DNA of 64,000 bases. It comes from Octopus vulgaris. Its lineage: Eukaryota. The DNA lies in assembly GCA_951406725.2 (NCBI GenBank), contig OX597831.1:42036001-42100000 (forward strand), read 5' to 3'. The number at the start of each line of letters is the position of its first letter. Position 1 is the stretch's first letter. The notes beneath the pieces were generated by a model. The model had not been told where the DNA came from, did no database searches, and saw only the letters and a program-made list of their open reading frames with translations. Below are positions 24,885 through 36,960 of the stretch, piece after piece. Made by a program: the position numbers and the translations under genes.

Positions 24885-26330
24885 ATCATTTAATGTCTGT
24901 TGCCCATTCTGGCATATGTTGGAGGCCCAGCATACGAAGTTCATGTTTCACCACTTCATCCCAGAGCAGTCCTTGTCCATAAGCATTACATGACCATGCC
25001 AGTGCAGTCATAACTCTGGCACAACACATCTGATGTCTCTTATACCCAAATTTTCTCTCAAAATGCTTACCCTCTGTTGTGCATCCAGCAGAACATATTA
25101 GCTTCATTTCTTTCAAGCCTATGCATGTCCTCAGCAGTTACAGCCCATGTTTCACAGCTGTATAGCATGGCTGTTTGCATACAGACATCATACAATTTGT
25201 CTTTCACTCTGGTGGGGAGGCCATTCATACCAACAGAGGTAGGAGCTCGTTGAACTTTACCCAATGTATTGTTATTCTAACAGCTATGCTCTTGGAGCAT
25301 CCACCTCTCCTAGGTAACAAGGAGATATCAGCTACTACTAGTTTTTACCCCTGGCATTTGAAGGAGTCTATTTTCTGTACATTTTTAGTTTTAATCGTTC
25401 CTGTGCACCTTCCACACACAAAAACTAGTTTCCCTGTTAACATTCCTCTGATATTTTTGCACCTTTTATGTTTCCATAGATTACACTGGGTACAGCTTAT
25501 GGAATTTTTACCTACACCTTACCTACATATCTAGCAAGGCCATCTACCTGAGGGAATTTATGATTTGTCTAATTTCCTAATTACTAAGACTTTAGTTTTT
25601 GCTAGGTTAACTCTAAGACCTTTCAATTCTAGACCTTTATTCCACACCTGAAACTTCTTCTCTAGTTCTGGTAGTGATTCAGCTATAAAAGCAAGGTCAT
25701 CAACATAGAGGAGCTCCCAGGAGCAACTGTCTTAAATTCCTCTGTTATTTTTTGAGGGCTATGATGAACAAGGGAGTGCTGAGGACCGATCCTTGGTGAA
25801 CCCCTATTTGTACCCTGAATTCTTTGCTGTACTTGTTACCAACCCTCACCTTACTGACAACATCTTTGTACATGGCATGTACAGCTCTCGCCAACCACTT
25901 GTCTATCCCTAGTTTCCACATTGACCACCAGATAAGGGATTGGGGGACCCTGTCAAAGGCTTTCTCCATGTCAATAAAAGCCAAGTACAAAGGTTTATTT
26001 TTGACTATGTATTTCTCCTGCAGCTGCCTTACCAGAAATATAGCACCAGTGATGCTTCTCCTTGACTCAAAACCAAACTGCATCTCATCTAGACTAACTC
26101 TATCCCTAATTAGTTGGGCTATGACCCTCTCTGTTGCTGTCATCACCTGACCCAACAATTTGATACCTCTGTAATAATTTCTAAGGTATCACCTTTAACT
26201 TTGTAGCAGTAGACTATGGTGCTGCTACACCAGTTATTGGGTGTGATACCTTCGTGTACTACTTGGTTAACTATATGGGTAACTAGACCATAACCTATGC
26301 CGCCAAACATTTTAAGCATCTCAGCAGAGA
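24885..26330 (-). mobile_element. RTE LINE reverse-transcriptase fragment (frame-shifted) in an intron of gene 2
   Basis: QFGFESRRSITGAIFLVRQLQEKY...AFIDMEKAFDRVP...GVHQGSVLS and LLYVDDL motifs; absent from the gene-3 copy. Confidence 0.9.
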
Positions 26331-26876
26331 TCCTTTATATATATGAGAGGATTCTTTTTTTTTTCCATTTACCAGATCCACGTCACAAAGCTTTTATTAT
26401 CCCAGGGCCATAGTAGAAAACATCCAAAGTGCTATACAGTGGGACTGAACACAAAACCAGATGATTAGTTGGAAAGCAAACTTCTTACCACACAGCCATA
26501 AGCCATGTCTGTGTCTGAATATGCTGAATAAATCAGGCCTGATTCTAATATCCCATGAAAGAAATTGAGATAGCCATGGTTAGAAGGCTGGTTAGAGGAG
26601 AAAATTTTCATCAAAGGAAACCACAGTTGCTAAACATCAAAATTACAGAAATATGACTGAAGCAAAGATATGGACCTGAGGATTGTGCCTAGACATTCTG
26701 TTTGACTAGGGCTGACTTAGAAGTTGTATGACAAAAGTAAGATAACTACTTTAGAATACTTAGATACCTTTTCAGCCAGAGTTAGCCCAGACAAAGGCAA
26801 ATTCAAAAGCACAGGAATTTTGTCTCAAAATAAAGAGGTCCTTTTGAAGAAGATATATATAACTTGGAAAACTTAC

Positions 26877-26967
26877 TTGAGAGTCTCTTTTCTATTTCAT
26901 CATCAGAATACAAACTGGCACACAGTACCATAGGCACAAGGGCCAAGAAGAAAAGTACGGCTTTCAT
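26877..26967 (-). CDS. Peptide gene 2, coding exon A: MKAVLFFLALVPMVLCASLYSDDEIEKRLS. Full CDS complement(join(22712..22733,24097..24211,26877..26967)), 75 aa
   Basis: Acceptor TTTTCTTATTTTACCAG ending at 26980, signal peptide, acidic propeptide, KR, GTAAGT donor (phase 1). Confidence 0.92.
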
Positions 26968-27254
26968 GTTATTCAGTTTCTGGTAAAATAAGAAAACACA
27001 TGGAATCTATGAGACAGGATTACAAAGGTAAGGATTTTATAAAATTACAACGAAGTATGTTTGGGAGGAATGTATTAAGACCCATTGGTCCAGGAGGTTA
27101 CAGCTCACACATACACACACACACAAAGTATATTCAAACATTGATATTTGTCAAGCAAATTTGGAAGAGAGAACTCAATTCATTGCCTGGCTCTCCATTG
27201 GTTATGACAATGAGAGTTTCAGTTGATTCAAACAATAGAACAGCCTGCTCAACC

Positions 27255-27841
27255 TCCCTTCATTGGACACTAAACTCTGCTTGCGAAGACCTGTTGGGGC
27301 AAGTGAAATTGGAATCGAAATTGAACCAATCCTATGACTGGCACCCGGCAGTTGCCTGGGCCGCTGGACTGACTCGTGTGCAGGTGGCAAGTAAAGAAAC
27401 ACAGTTTCGACCCTGTGCTTGAGGAGATCCATTGAGTCAAGTACACCAACATCAAAAATCAATGGAAACTGCAGTTGTGATCCCTGTGCTGGTGTCACGT
27501 AAAAAGCACCATCCGAATGTGGCCGATGCCAGCGACGCCTGGACTGGCTTCTGTGCTGGTAGCACGTAAAAAGCACCATCCGAACGTGGCCGATGCCAGC
27601 TCCGCCTTGACTGGCTTCCGTGCCGGTGGCATGTAAAAAGCACCAATCCAATCATGGCCATTGCCAGCCTCGCCTGGCACATAAAAGCACCCACTACACT
27701 CACGGAGTGGTTGACATTAGGAAGGGCATCCAGCTGTAGAAACACTGCCAGATCAGACTGGAGCCTGGTGCAGCCTTCTGGCTTCCCAGATCCCCGGTCG
27801 AACCGTCCAACCCATGCTAGCATGGAGAACGGACGTTAAAC

Positions 27842-27870
<29 letters not shown>
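27255..27870 (+). mobile_element. 3' UTR of the RTE LINE (or derived SINE) with (ATG)n tail, in intron 1 of gene 2
   Basis: Ends GGACGTTAAACGATGATGATG; internal ~55-bp tandem repeats; same 3' end at 20360-20626, 28697 and 35925. Confidence 0.8.
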
Positions 27871-27872
<2 letters not shown>

Positions 27873-28062
27873 TATGTATGTATGTAGTATATATATATGT
27901 GTCAGCTTGGTGCAATAGCAGAAGACAAAGCTGGAGGGTGCCATGCAGCAGGACTGAACCTGAAACTGCAATGTCAACTTCTTAACCACATAACCATATC
28001 AGCACCTAAACCCATGCCTGAAAAGATATTGAAAGAATTGATAGAAAGAAGACAATTCTTAC

Positions 28063-28085
28063 CTGGAGATCGGCAGCTTAAATGA
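28063..28085 (-). other. Putative non-coding leader exon 1 of peptide gene 2
   Basis: Inr-like TCATTT at about 28083, 31 nt from a TATATATATA element; ends CCAG|GTAAGA (donor 28057-28062). Confidence 0.65.
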
Positions 28086-28113
28086 GATCTTCTGAAAGAA
28101 ACATGCTTCAGAC

Positions 28114-28124
28114 ATATATATATA
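28114..28124 (-). promoter_or_regulatory. Putative TATA box of gene 2
   Basis: About -30 spacing to the Inr and leader exon; conserved in the paralogous block at 12331-12343. Confidence 0.55.
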
Positions 28125-28696
28125 CAATTGGTATCAGTCACCTTATGTTTAATTCTCATTAAACCAAGTTTTCAGGTTATCATATCTGTATCTATTCAGG
28201 AAACCAAGTCACAAGATAATGTTTTAAAATCATATCAGAGTTAGCTTTAGTGATTAATAAAGCCTACAATTTTATTTATATATATATGTATATATCTGTG
28301 TATGTACATACATATGTATATATCTATGTATGAGCATATTTACATGTGCATGTCAGGTCACTCTTGAGTGCTACAGATAACATATAATCCAGTAAAACAT
28401 GCTGCATGGCTGGTTCACTGGTGACTAAACTGGCAAATCCACCAGGCTTGCTTGGTGAGGAAGGTGAATGTTGGACACCCTGCGGGATGAAAAATAGAAC
28501 CTGTCCAAAGACGGAGGAACTCATGAGTAGTTAATGGCCATCCAACAAATGTGTAAATATGTATATACCGTTTTTTTCATATATTCTTATATGTGTAAAT
28601 ATGTATATATCGTTTTTTTCATATATTCCTATATGTATATATATATCGTTTTTTCATATATTCTTATATGTGTATATGTATGTATATATATATATC

Positions 28697-30210
28697 ATCA
28701 ACATCATCATTTAACGTCCACTTTCCATGCTAGCATGGGTTGGACAATTTGACTGAGGACTGGCGAACTAGATGGCTGCACCAAGCTCCAATTTTGATCT
28801 GGCAGAGTTTCTACAGCGGGATGCCCTTCCTAATGCCGACCACTATGAAAGTGTAGTGGGTGCTTTTACGTGCCACCGACACAAGGGCCATTCAGGCGGT
28901 ACTGGCAACGGCCATGCTCAAATGGTGTTTTTTATGCACCACCTGCACAGGGGCCAGTCCAGCAGCACTGGCAACGACCTCGCTCGGATGCTTTTTCATG
29001 TGCCAGAAGGCAACACTGGTAATGATCATGCTCGAATGGTGCTTTTTACATGCCACAGGCATGGAAGCCAGTTAGATGCTGTAGCAATGATCACGTTCAG
29101 ATGGTGTTCTTAGCGCTCCACTAGCACGGATGCCAGTTATCGAATTTGATTTCGATTTCACTTACCTCAACAGGTCTTTGCAAGCAGATTTTAGTATCCA
29201 ATGAAGGAAAGGTATGCATAAGTGGGCTGGTTACACCCCTGGCATAGGCCAAGAGGTTATGGTCTCATTTGGCTTGCGGGTCTTCTCAAGCACAGCATAT
29301 TTCCAAAAGTCTTGGTCGCTAGTCATTGGCTCGGTGAGGTCTAATGTTCAAAGGTCGTATTTACCACTTCATCTCAGATCTTCCTGGATCTACCTCTTCA
29401 ACAGGTTCCCTCAACCGCTAGGGTGTGGCACTTTTTCATACAGCTATCTTCATCCATTCTTGCCACATAACCATACCAGTGAAGTTGTCTCTCTTGCACA
29501 CCACATCTGATGCTTCTTAGGTCCAACTTTTCTCTCAAGGTACTTACACTCTGTCGAGTATGCACACTGACATTACACATCCATCGGAGCATACTGGCTT
29601 CGTTCATTGTGAGCTTACGTATGACCTCAGCAGTCACAGCTCATGTTTCACTGCCATATAGCATGGCTGTTTGTACACATGCATCATATAGTCTGCCTTT
29701 TACTCTGAGCGAGAAGCCTTTTGTTGCCAGCAGAGGTAAGAGCTCTCTGAACTTTGCCCAGGCTATTCTTATTCTAGCAGCTACACTTTCAGGGCACCCT
29801 CGTTCACTACTGACTTGGTCACCTAGGAAACAGAAGCTATCAACTACTTCTAGTTTTTCTTCCTGGAATGTGGCAGAGGTTGTTCTCAGCACATTTTCAG
29901 TGTTTATTACTCCTGAGCATCTGCCACATACAAAATCTTTCTTCCCAGTTAGCCTTCCTTTGATATTGCTGCACCTCTTATGTGTCCATAGCATACACTG
30001 GGTACATCTTATAAAGTTTCTACCTATGTCTTTTCTACAGATCGAGCAGGGTCATCTACATGAAGGGATTTGTGATTTGCTGCCTTCCTACTTATTAAGA
30101 CTTTGGTTTTAGCTAGGTTGACTCTAAGGCCCTTCGATTCTAATCCTTGTTTCCATACCTGAAACTTCTCCTCTAGTTCTGAAAGTAACTTTGCAATTAG
30201 AGCAAGGTCA
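28697..30210 (-). mobile_element. 5'-truncated RTE LINE
   Basis: VDSFCFLGDQVS...RIRIAWAKFRELLPLL...MLYGSET and WYGYVARMDEDSC...; 3' UTR and (ATG)n tail present. Confidence 0.9.
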
Positions 30211-30215
30211 CTATC

Positions 30216-30272
<57 letters not shown>

Positions 30273-31749
30273 TCATCATCATCATCACCATCTTTTAACA
30301 TCTACTTTCCATGCTGGCATGAGTTGGACAGTTTGACTGAGGACTGGTAAGCCAGAGGCTGCACCAGGCTCAATTTTATCTGACAAACTTTCTACAGCTG
30401 GATGCATTTCCTAATGCCAACCACCCCAAAGTGTAGGGGGTACCTTTACGTGCCACTGACATTGGCCACGTCAGTGATTTTGATTTGTTTACACCTGCCT
30501 CAATAGGTCTTCGCAAGCAAATATATATATATATATATGATCTAACGGTCAAAATTTATCGAGAAATACGTAAACATAGTCAAAATGCGATAAAATAAAT
30601 TATTATCGCCGGTGATCTAGCACAAAAGACATTTTAGCCATAGGCTATATGTTATTCATATATAAGTACATTAAAAGGCTTCTATATATATATATGAGAT
30701 AGCTGATGAAATAGTCATGTGGACGACTTCAAAGTAAAACAATGGAAAAACATTGGTTTGTTGTTTAAATAATTTATATAAACACTTGCATTTACTTGTT
30801 GCATACACAGATATTTCCCTACATCACATCATTACCAACTGCTTCAAGCTGGTGAAGAAATTATCAGGGTACATGCTGTGGATATGATAGGATAGAACCG
30901 AACATGTTTTGTGTCTCTGTGTGCGTTGGTCATTCAGTGGTGTCTGTTTAGGTCCTGCGATACTGACGATTGTTCATGTTGAATATCTGCTTCTCTGTTG
31001 CCAGTTTCACTGGTGCTCTCCATCTGTCTCTGACTGCTTCTCTTACTGACCGACTGTCTCTGAATCCGACGGTCTGTCCCTTGATGGATTGCCGTATTTT
31101 ATAATGGTCATGACGGCTAGAAGGACAGACATACCACAGGAGAAATTCCTACTTCAGTAGGTCACCTCCTGTCCATTTGAACCTTAGATAACATGGGTGA
31201 TGTCGAAGGTTGAAGGGAAACAATCTATCATCTTTTGACAGATCAAAGAAATTTCTTTCGCACCTGTTTGGTCAGTGGTGGACCGGATGAGTAAGAATCC
31301 TTAGATTTGGTTTTGAATCTAAGCTCGAAAAAAGGAAGTGTTAGTTTTTACATGTGTGTGTGTTATTTGTATTTAAAATTATTTTATTTATATTTTTAGA
31401 TTACATACCTTTTACATTTTTTATCTATGTGTTTATTTTATATCTATATATTTGTGTGTATTATGAATATTCACTGGGAGTGAAGGACCCCAAGCTGTTG
31501 TTATAGAATCCTTCTAAAAGAGAGAAACTTGAAATAAAACCTGCAGTTGATGTAATTACTGGTCATCTGGCTTAGGCTTGTCACCAGACAATAATCACTG
31601 AAACTTTGAGAGTGTTGCTCATGTAGTACAAGTGTTTGCCACTATAATCCAGTGATGTACAGATGTTTCTTCTTTGTTCTTCTCATCTGTCATTTTTTCA
31701 GATGAAAGTCCTATGGTGATGGAGAAGTGGCAACGTGTGCAAACCTGAA

Positions 31750-33095
31750 TGGTTGGAAGCAAATAGCTGCAAAACTACACATAGGCAGCAAGGGTCTTAT
31801 CATAACATCGCTGTTATGTCTTCCTATGACAGGGGCTAACACTGATCGACGCACCTGTGTCTGAGCAGCCCTGTTAAGGAGAGCACTAAAAATTAATTGC
31901 CTGTCACACCAACGTTGGGTAGTTTACTGCAGCTATTGGCAATTCATTCAAGCAGGAAAGAAAAAATGAATCACAAAGCAAAACATTTATAAAAAAATGG
32001 ATTAAAATAAATATTTGCCGCTGGAATGTCAAAACTCTTCTGGACTAAAGATCATCAAACCAACCAAAAAAGAAGAACTGCACTGGTAACAAAAGAACTT
32101 CAAAAATTAGATAGAGATATTGCAGCCTTGCCAGAAACATGCCTATCACGGTGTGATCAGCTGACTGAAGTATCATCAGGTTTCATACTTTTCTGGACAG
32201 GGAAATCAAAAGGAGAATGGTGAGATGGTGGTGTTGGTTTTGCAGTATGTGAAACTCTAACACAGCATTTAGAGTGGCCCTCTAGAATCAGTGACTGTAT
32301 AATGAAGTTGCACATTCCACTTGCATGTGGGCAATATGCAGCAATTCTGTCAGTTTATGCTCCAACTCTCAAGGTCAATGAGACATTTTATGACATTTTA
32401 TGAATCCCTTCATGTCACAATTGTATCTACTCCATTTGAAGAAAAAGTTATCGTTCTTGGTGATTTCAATGCCCGAGTTGGCAGAGACCATGAGACATGG
32501 GATGCACTAGGCCATCACGGCATTGGTAAGATCAATGCCAATGGTCTGAAGCTGCTTGAGCTTTGTTCAGAGCTCAACCTAGCAATTTGAAACTCATTTT
32601 CTGCTAAAAGAAGAAGCATAAAGTTACCTGGATACACCCAAGGTCAAAAGATGGCAACATGACAGATTTCATAGTAATCTGGAGATGCAATCTGAACGAT
32701 ATCTGCAATGTGCATGTCATACATAGTGCAGAATGCAACACAGGCCATAAGGTAGTTCGGGAGAAATTTAAGTTATGTATTTGGAAAAAATCTCGTATGT
32801 GTGGGATCAAAACTTTGAAGCGTATTGATGTTGGAAAGTTAAAACAGCAAGAGATACTTGAGGCTTTGAATAAACATTTGAATGATAATGACTTTGATGG
32901 AATGCAGACAATACTGCTGTTATCAAGGAGTCAGAGAAAATCCTTAGATGCTGGCAAGAAGATTTTACTGATTTATTTGGTAATCTATCATCAGTTGGTC
33001 ATGATGTTCTCGATGGCATCCCCTAATGTGTTGTAAATGTCAAAATGGATCGATTACCAAACTATACTGAGGTTAAAGTGGCCATCAACCAGTTA
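31750..33095 (+). mobile_element. RTE/BovB-like LINE 5' part: degenerate AP-endonuclease domain
   Basis: WNVKTLLD, RRTALVTKEL...DIAALPET, VLGDFNARVG and GIGKINANGLKLLELC motifs with frameshifts. Confidence 0.85.
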
Positions 33096-33450
33096 AACCC
33101 ACTACACTCTCAGAGTAGTTGGCATTAGGAAGGGCATCCAGCTGTAAAAACTTTGCCAGACCAGATTGAGCCTGGTGCAGCCTCAGTCAAACCGTCCAAC
33201 CCATGCCAGCATGGAAAGTGAACCTTAAACAATGATGGGGATGATGATGATGTATGTATCTTGTGTTTTGTTTAGAAGCAATGCATGGTACCAGGATCCT
33301 TGTTAGATAATCTGTATAATTCAGTTAATTAACTGAAGAAGGTCTTGCATAAAGTGAGGTATTTCATATATATTATGTAAGATCTGAAACATATGTACTA
33401 AACGCTTTCAAAATATCATTTGGTTTAACTTCATTATACATACATACATT

Positions 33451-33502
<52 letters not shown>

Positions 33503-33591
33503 ATAATAATAAATATTAGGGAATAAATCCAAATTTACAGGGAAAAATCAGATTTAGGATTGAATCCAATTTTATAGTAAAATATTATATA

Positions 33592-33797
33592 ATATTAATT
33601 AGAGACAAAACCACTATTTTGCAAATCAAACAAAGAAAGACTTAATCCAATACATAAAAAAATTTAATATAAATTAAATAAAATAAAATTAATTTAATTT
33701 AATTTTATTTTATTTAATTTAATTTATATTAAATTTTTTTATGTATTGGATTAAGTCTTTCTTTGTTTGATTTGCAAAATAGTGGTTTTGTCTCTAA

Positions 33798-33803
<6 letters not shown>
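33592..33803. repeat. Near-perfect palindrome (about 100-bp arms) flanked by (TA)n
   Basis: ATTAATTAGAGACAAAACCACTATTTTGCAAATCAAAC... is exactly mirrored by ...GTTTGATTTGCAAAATAGTGGTTTTGTCTCTAATTAAT. Confidence 0.9.
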
Positions 33804-33846
<43 letters not shown>

Positions 33847-34205
33847 TCATCATCATCATTTAACATCTGTTTTCCATGCTGGTATGAGTTGGATGGCTTG
33901 ACTGAAAAGGCGGTGTTCCAGCATGGCTGCAGTCAAATGACTGAAAGAAGTAAAAGAATAAAAGAATATATAGATAGATGGATGTATGGTATGGAATGGT
34001 ATGGAATTGGTAAGGTTCAGAATAAAGTGTTACATGAGTATAGAGTGGGAATAAAAGAAAAGATGACGCAGGAAAAACAATGGTTATGCTATGAACTTTA
34101 TTAGCTTACAGCTGTTTCTGCGATGAGTTACAGTGGGCTTGTTGGTGATTGCCTGAACAACATCCTGTAGCTTCATTAAAGCCTTGAATATGAAATGCAA
34201 TGTGT

Positions 34206-34375
34206 GCGCAGGAGTGGCTGTGTGGTAAGTAGCTTGCTAACCAACCACATGGTTCTGGGTTCAGTCCCACTGCGTGGCATCTTGGGCAAGTGTCTTCTGC
34301 TATAGCCCCGGGCCGACCAATGCCTTGTGAGTGGATTTGGTAGACGGAAACTGAAAGAAGCCTGTCGTATATATG

Positions 34376-34420
<45 letters not shown>

Positions 34421-34620
34421 TTGTGTGTCTGTGTTTGTCCCCCTAGCATTGCTTGACAACCGATGCTGGTGTGTTTACGTCCCTGTCACTTAGCGGTTCG
34501 GCAAAAGAGACCGATAGAATAAGTACTGGGCTTATAAAGAATAAGTCCCAGGGTCGATTTGCTCGACTAAAGGCGGTGCTCCAGCATGGCCGCAGTCAAA
34601 TGACTGAAACAAGTAAAAGA
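34206..34620 (+). mobile_element. Full-length tRNA-derived SINE with an internal (TA)n(TG)n tract
   Basis: High similarity to 9711-10158, 44371-44723 (-) and 54421-54787 (-). Confidence 0.9.
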
Positions 34621-35135
34621 GTATGTGTGTGTGCATGCGTGTGTGCATGTCTGTGTGTGTGCATGTGTGTGTGTGCATGCATGTGTGTGTGTGCGCGCGC
34701 ATGCATGTGCGTATGTGTGCGCATGCATGTGTGTGTGTGTGTATCAGAGGCAACTCCAGGCCATCAGCATCACTCAGGCTCATCACTGATTTTGCATAAG
34801 ACACATGGCCTGCTTGAAGAATTTCATATTTTCTCACAATATTTCTAGCCCCAAATGGCTTTTTTTTTTGTATCTAGCACTTTGTCTTTCTCCATTTCTA
34901 AGTTAAGGGTAAACATAAAGCAACCCTGCAAAACACACAACTGATCCTTATACACAGATGCACAAAACAACAGTAATCAAATAACGACAGTGGAGTGTAC
35001 AACAGACATCAGCTATCTGACTGCCACCTGTACTCTTGACAAGAGATGCCAGTTAGTCTTTTACACCTAGCAGGCTTGTTCGTATTAGGCCAAGTTGCTG
35101 GAGAATTTTTGGTTCCTTTAAGAATATCATAGAAC

Positions 35136-35369
35136 GGAAGGTGGTGAGCTGGCAGAAACGTTAGCACGCCGGGCGAAATGCTTTGTGGTATTTCGTCCGC
35201 CACTGCGTTCTGAGTTCAAATTCTGCCGAGGTCGACTTTGCCTTTCATCCTTTCGGGGTCGATAAATTAAGTACAGTTACGCACTGGGGTCGATGTAATC
35301 AACTTAATCAGTTTGTCTGTTCTTGTTTGTCCCCTCTGTGTTTAGTCCCTTGTGGGTAGTAAAGAATTA
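35136..35369 (+). mobile_element. tRNA-derived SINE with 13-bp TSD
   Basis: TSD AATATCATAGAAC at 35123-35135 and 35370-35382. Confidence 0.85.
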
Positions 35370-35875
35370 AATATCATAGAACAGAAAGTTTTCATCGATT
35401 GGAATTTAAATCCTAATCTCTATAGAAATTTATTGCTTCAAGAAAACGCTGAATTACTTTTAATTTTTACAATTATAGATAACAACTGGGGCGCTAACTT
35501 CTGAGAATGAGTCAGGTGTTTGTGAATGATGTCAAAAGAATGTCGGCTACGAATGATGTTTTTTGACACAGGGTGTCTCTAAGGTGACTACCAGATGCTG
35601 AATGAAAATAAATGAACTGCGACCAGGTTCAATAAAAGGAGCCCGAGTTATTGACTGCAATTACATACTTGAAGTCAGTGTTGGCAGAAATTAAATCAGC
35701 TTGCAAATACATGTTCACTTTCCTAAATTTATACTCAGGCTAAGCCCGAGCAGCCTGAGTGCAGGAGTCACCACTGTTATATATATACATATACATCATC
35801 ATCATCGTCATCATTTAACATCCGTTTGAATGATGATGATGATGTATATGTATATATATATATACATGTATATAC

Positions 35876-35924
<49 letters not shown>

Positions 35925-35927
<3 letters not shown>

Positions 35928-36922
35928 TCATCATCATCATCATCGTTTAACGTCCGCTTTCCATGCTAGCATGGGTTGGACGGTTCAACTGGGGTCTGGG
36001 AAGCCCGAAGGCTGCACCAGGCCAGTCAGATGTGGCAGTGTTTCTACAGCTGGATGCCCTTCCTAACGCCAACCACTCCGAGAGTGTAGTGGGTGATTTT
36101 ATGTGCCACCGACACAGGTGCCAGACGAGGCTGGCAGACGGCCACGCTCGGATGGTGTTTTTTATGTGCCACCGACACAGGTGCCAGACGAGGCTGGCAG
36201 ACGGCCACGCTCGGATGGTGTTTTTTATGTGCCACCGACACAGGTGCCAGACGAGGCTGGCAGACGGCCACGCTCGGATGGTGTTTTCTTATGTGTCACC
36301 GACACAGGTGCTAGACGAGGCTGGCGGACGGCCACGCTCGGATGGTGTTTGTTACGTGCCCTCAGCACGGAGGCCAGTCATTGCGGTACTGGCTACGGTC
36401 ACGTTCGGATGGTTTTCTTATGTACCACCGGCACTGGTACCACAAGGATACAAATTCCATTGATGTTCATCTATTTTGATTTGGTTCGATTTGATTTGAT
36501 ACGATTCGATTCTCACTTGCCTCAACAGGTCTTCACAAGTGTCACAAGAAGGAAGGTATGCACAGGTGGACTGACTACGTCCCAGGTAGGGGCCACGGAT
36601 TATGGCTTCACTAGTCTTGCCGGGTCTTCTCACGCACAGCATACTTCCATAGGTCTCGGTCTCTAGTCATTTCCATGGTGAGACCTAACGTCCGAAGGTC
36701 GTGCTTCACCACCTCGTCCCAGGTTTTCCTGGGTCTACCTCTTCCACGGGTTCCCTCAACTGCTAGGGATTGGCACTTTCTCACACACCTCTCTTCATCC
36801 ATTCTCGCCACATGACCATACCAGCGCAATCGTCTCTCTTGCACACAACAACTGATGCTTCTTAGGTGCAACATTTCTCTCAAGGTACTAACGCTCTGTC
36901 GAGTAAGTACACTGACATTACA
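35925..36922 (-). mobile_element. 5'-truncated RTE LINE with a 61-bp tandem repeat in its 3' UTR
   Basis: RRLRWYGHVARMDEERCVRKC...GRGRPRKTWDEVVKHDL; (ATG)n tail. Confidence 0.9.
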
Positions 36923-36960
36923 CATATATATATATATATATATATACATACATATATATA

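Noticed and set aside
36098-36360. CRISPR-like regularly spaced repeats (also the 30-mers at 15097-15315)
   Set aside because: Head-to-tail tandem units without unique spacers, inside a eukaryotic LINE 3' UTR or satellite; no cas genes.
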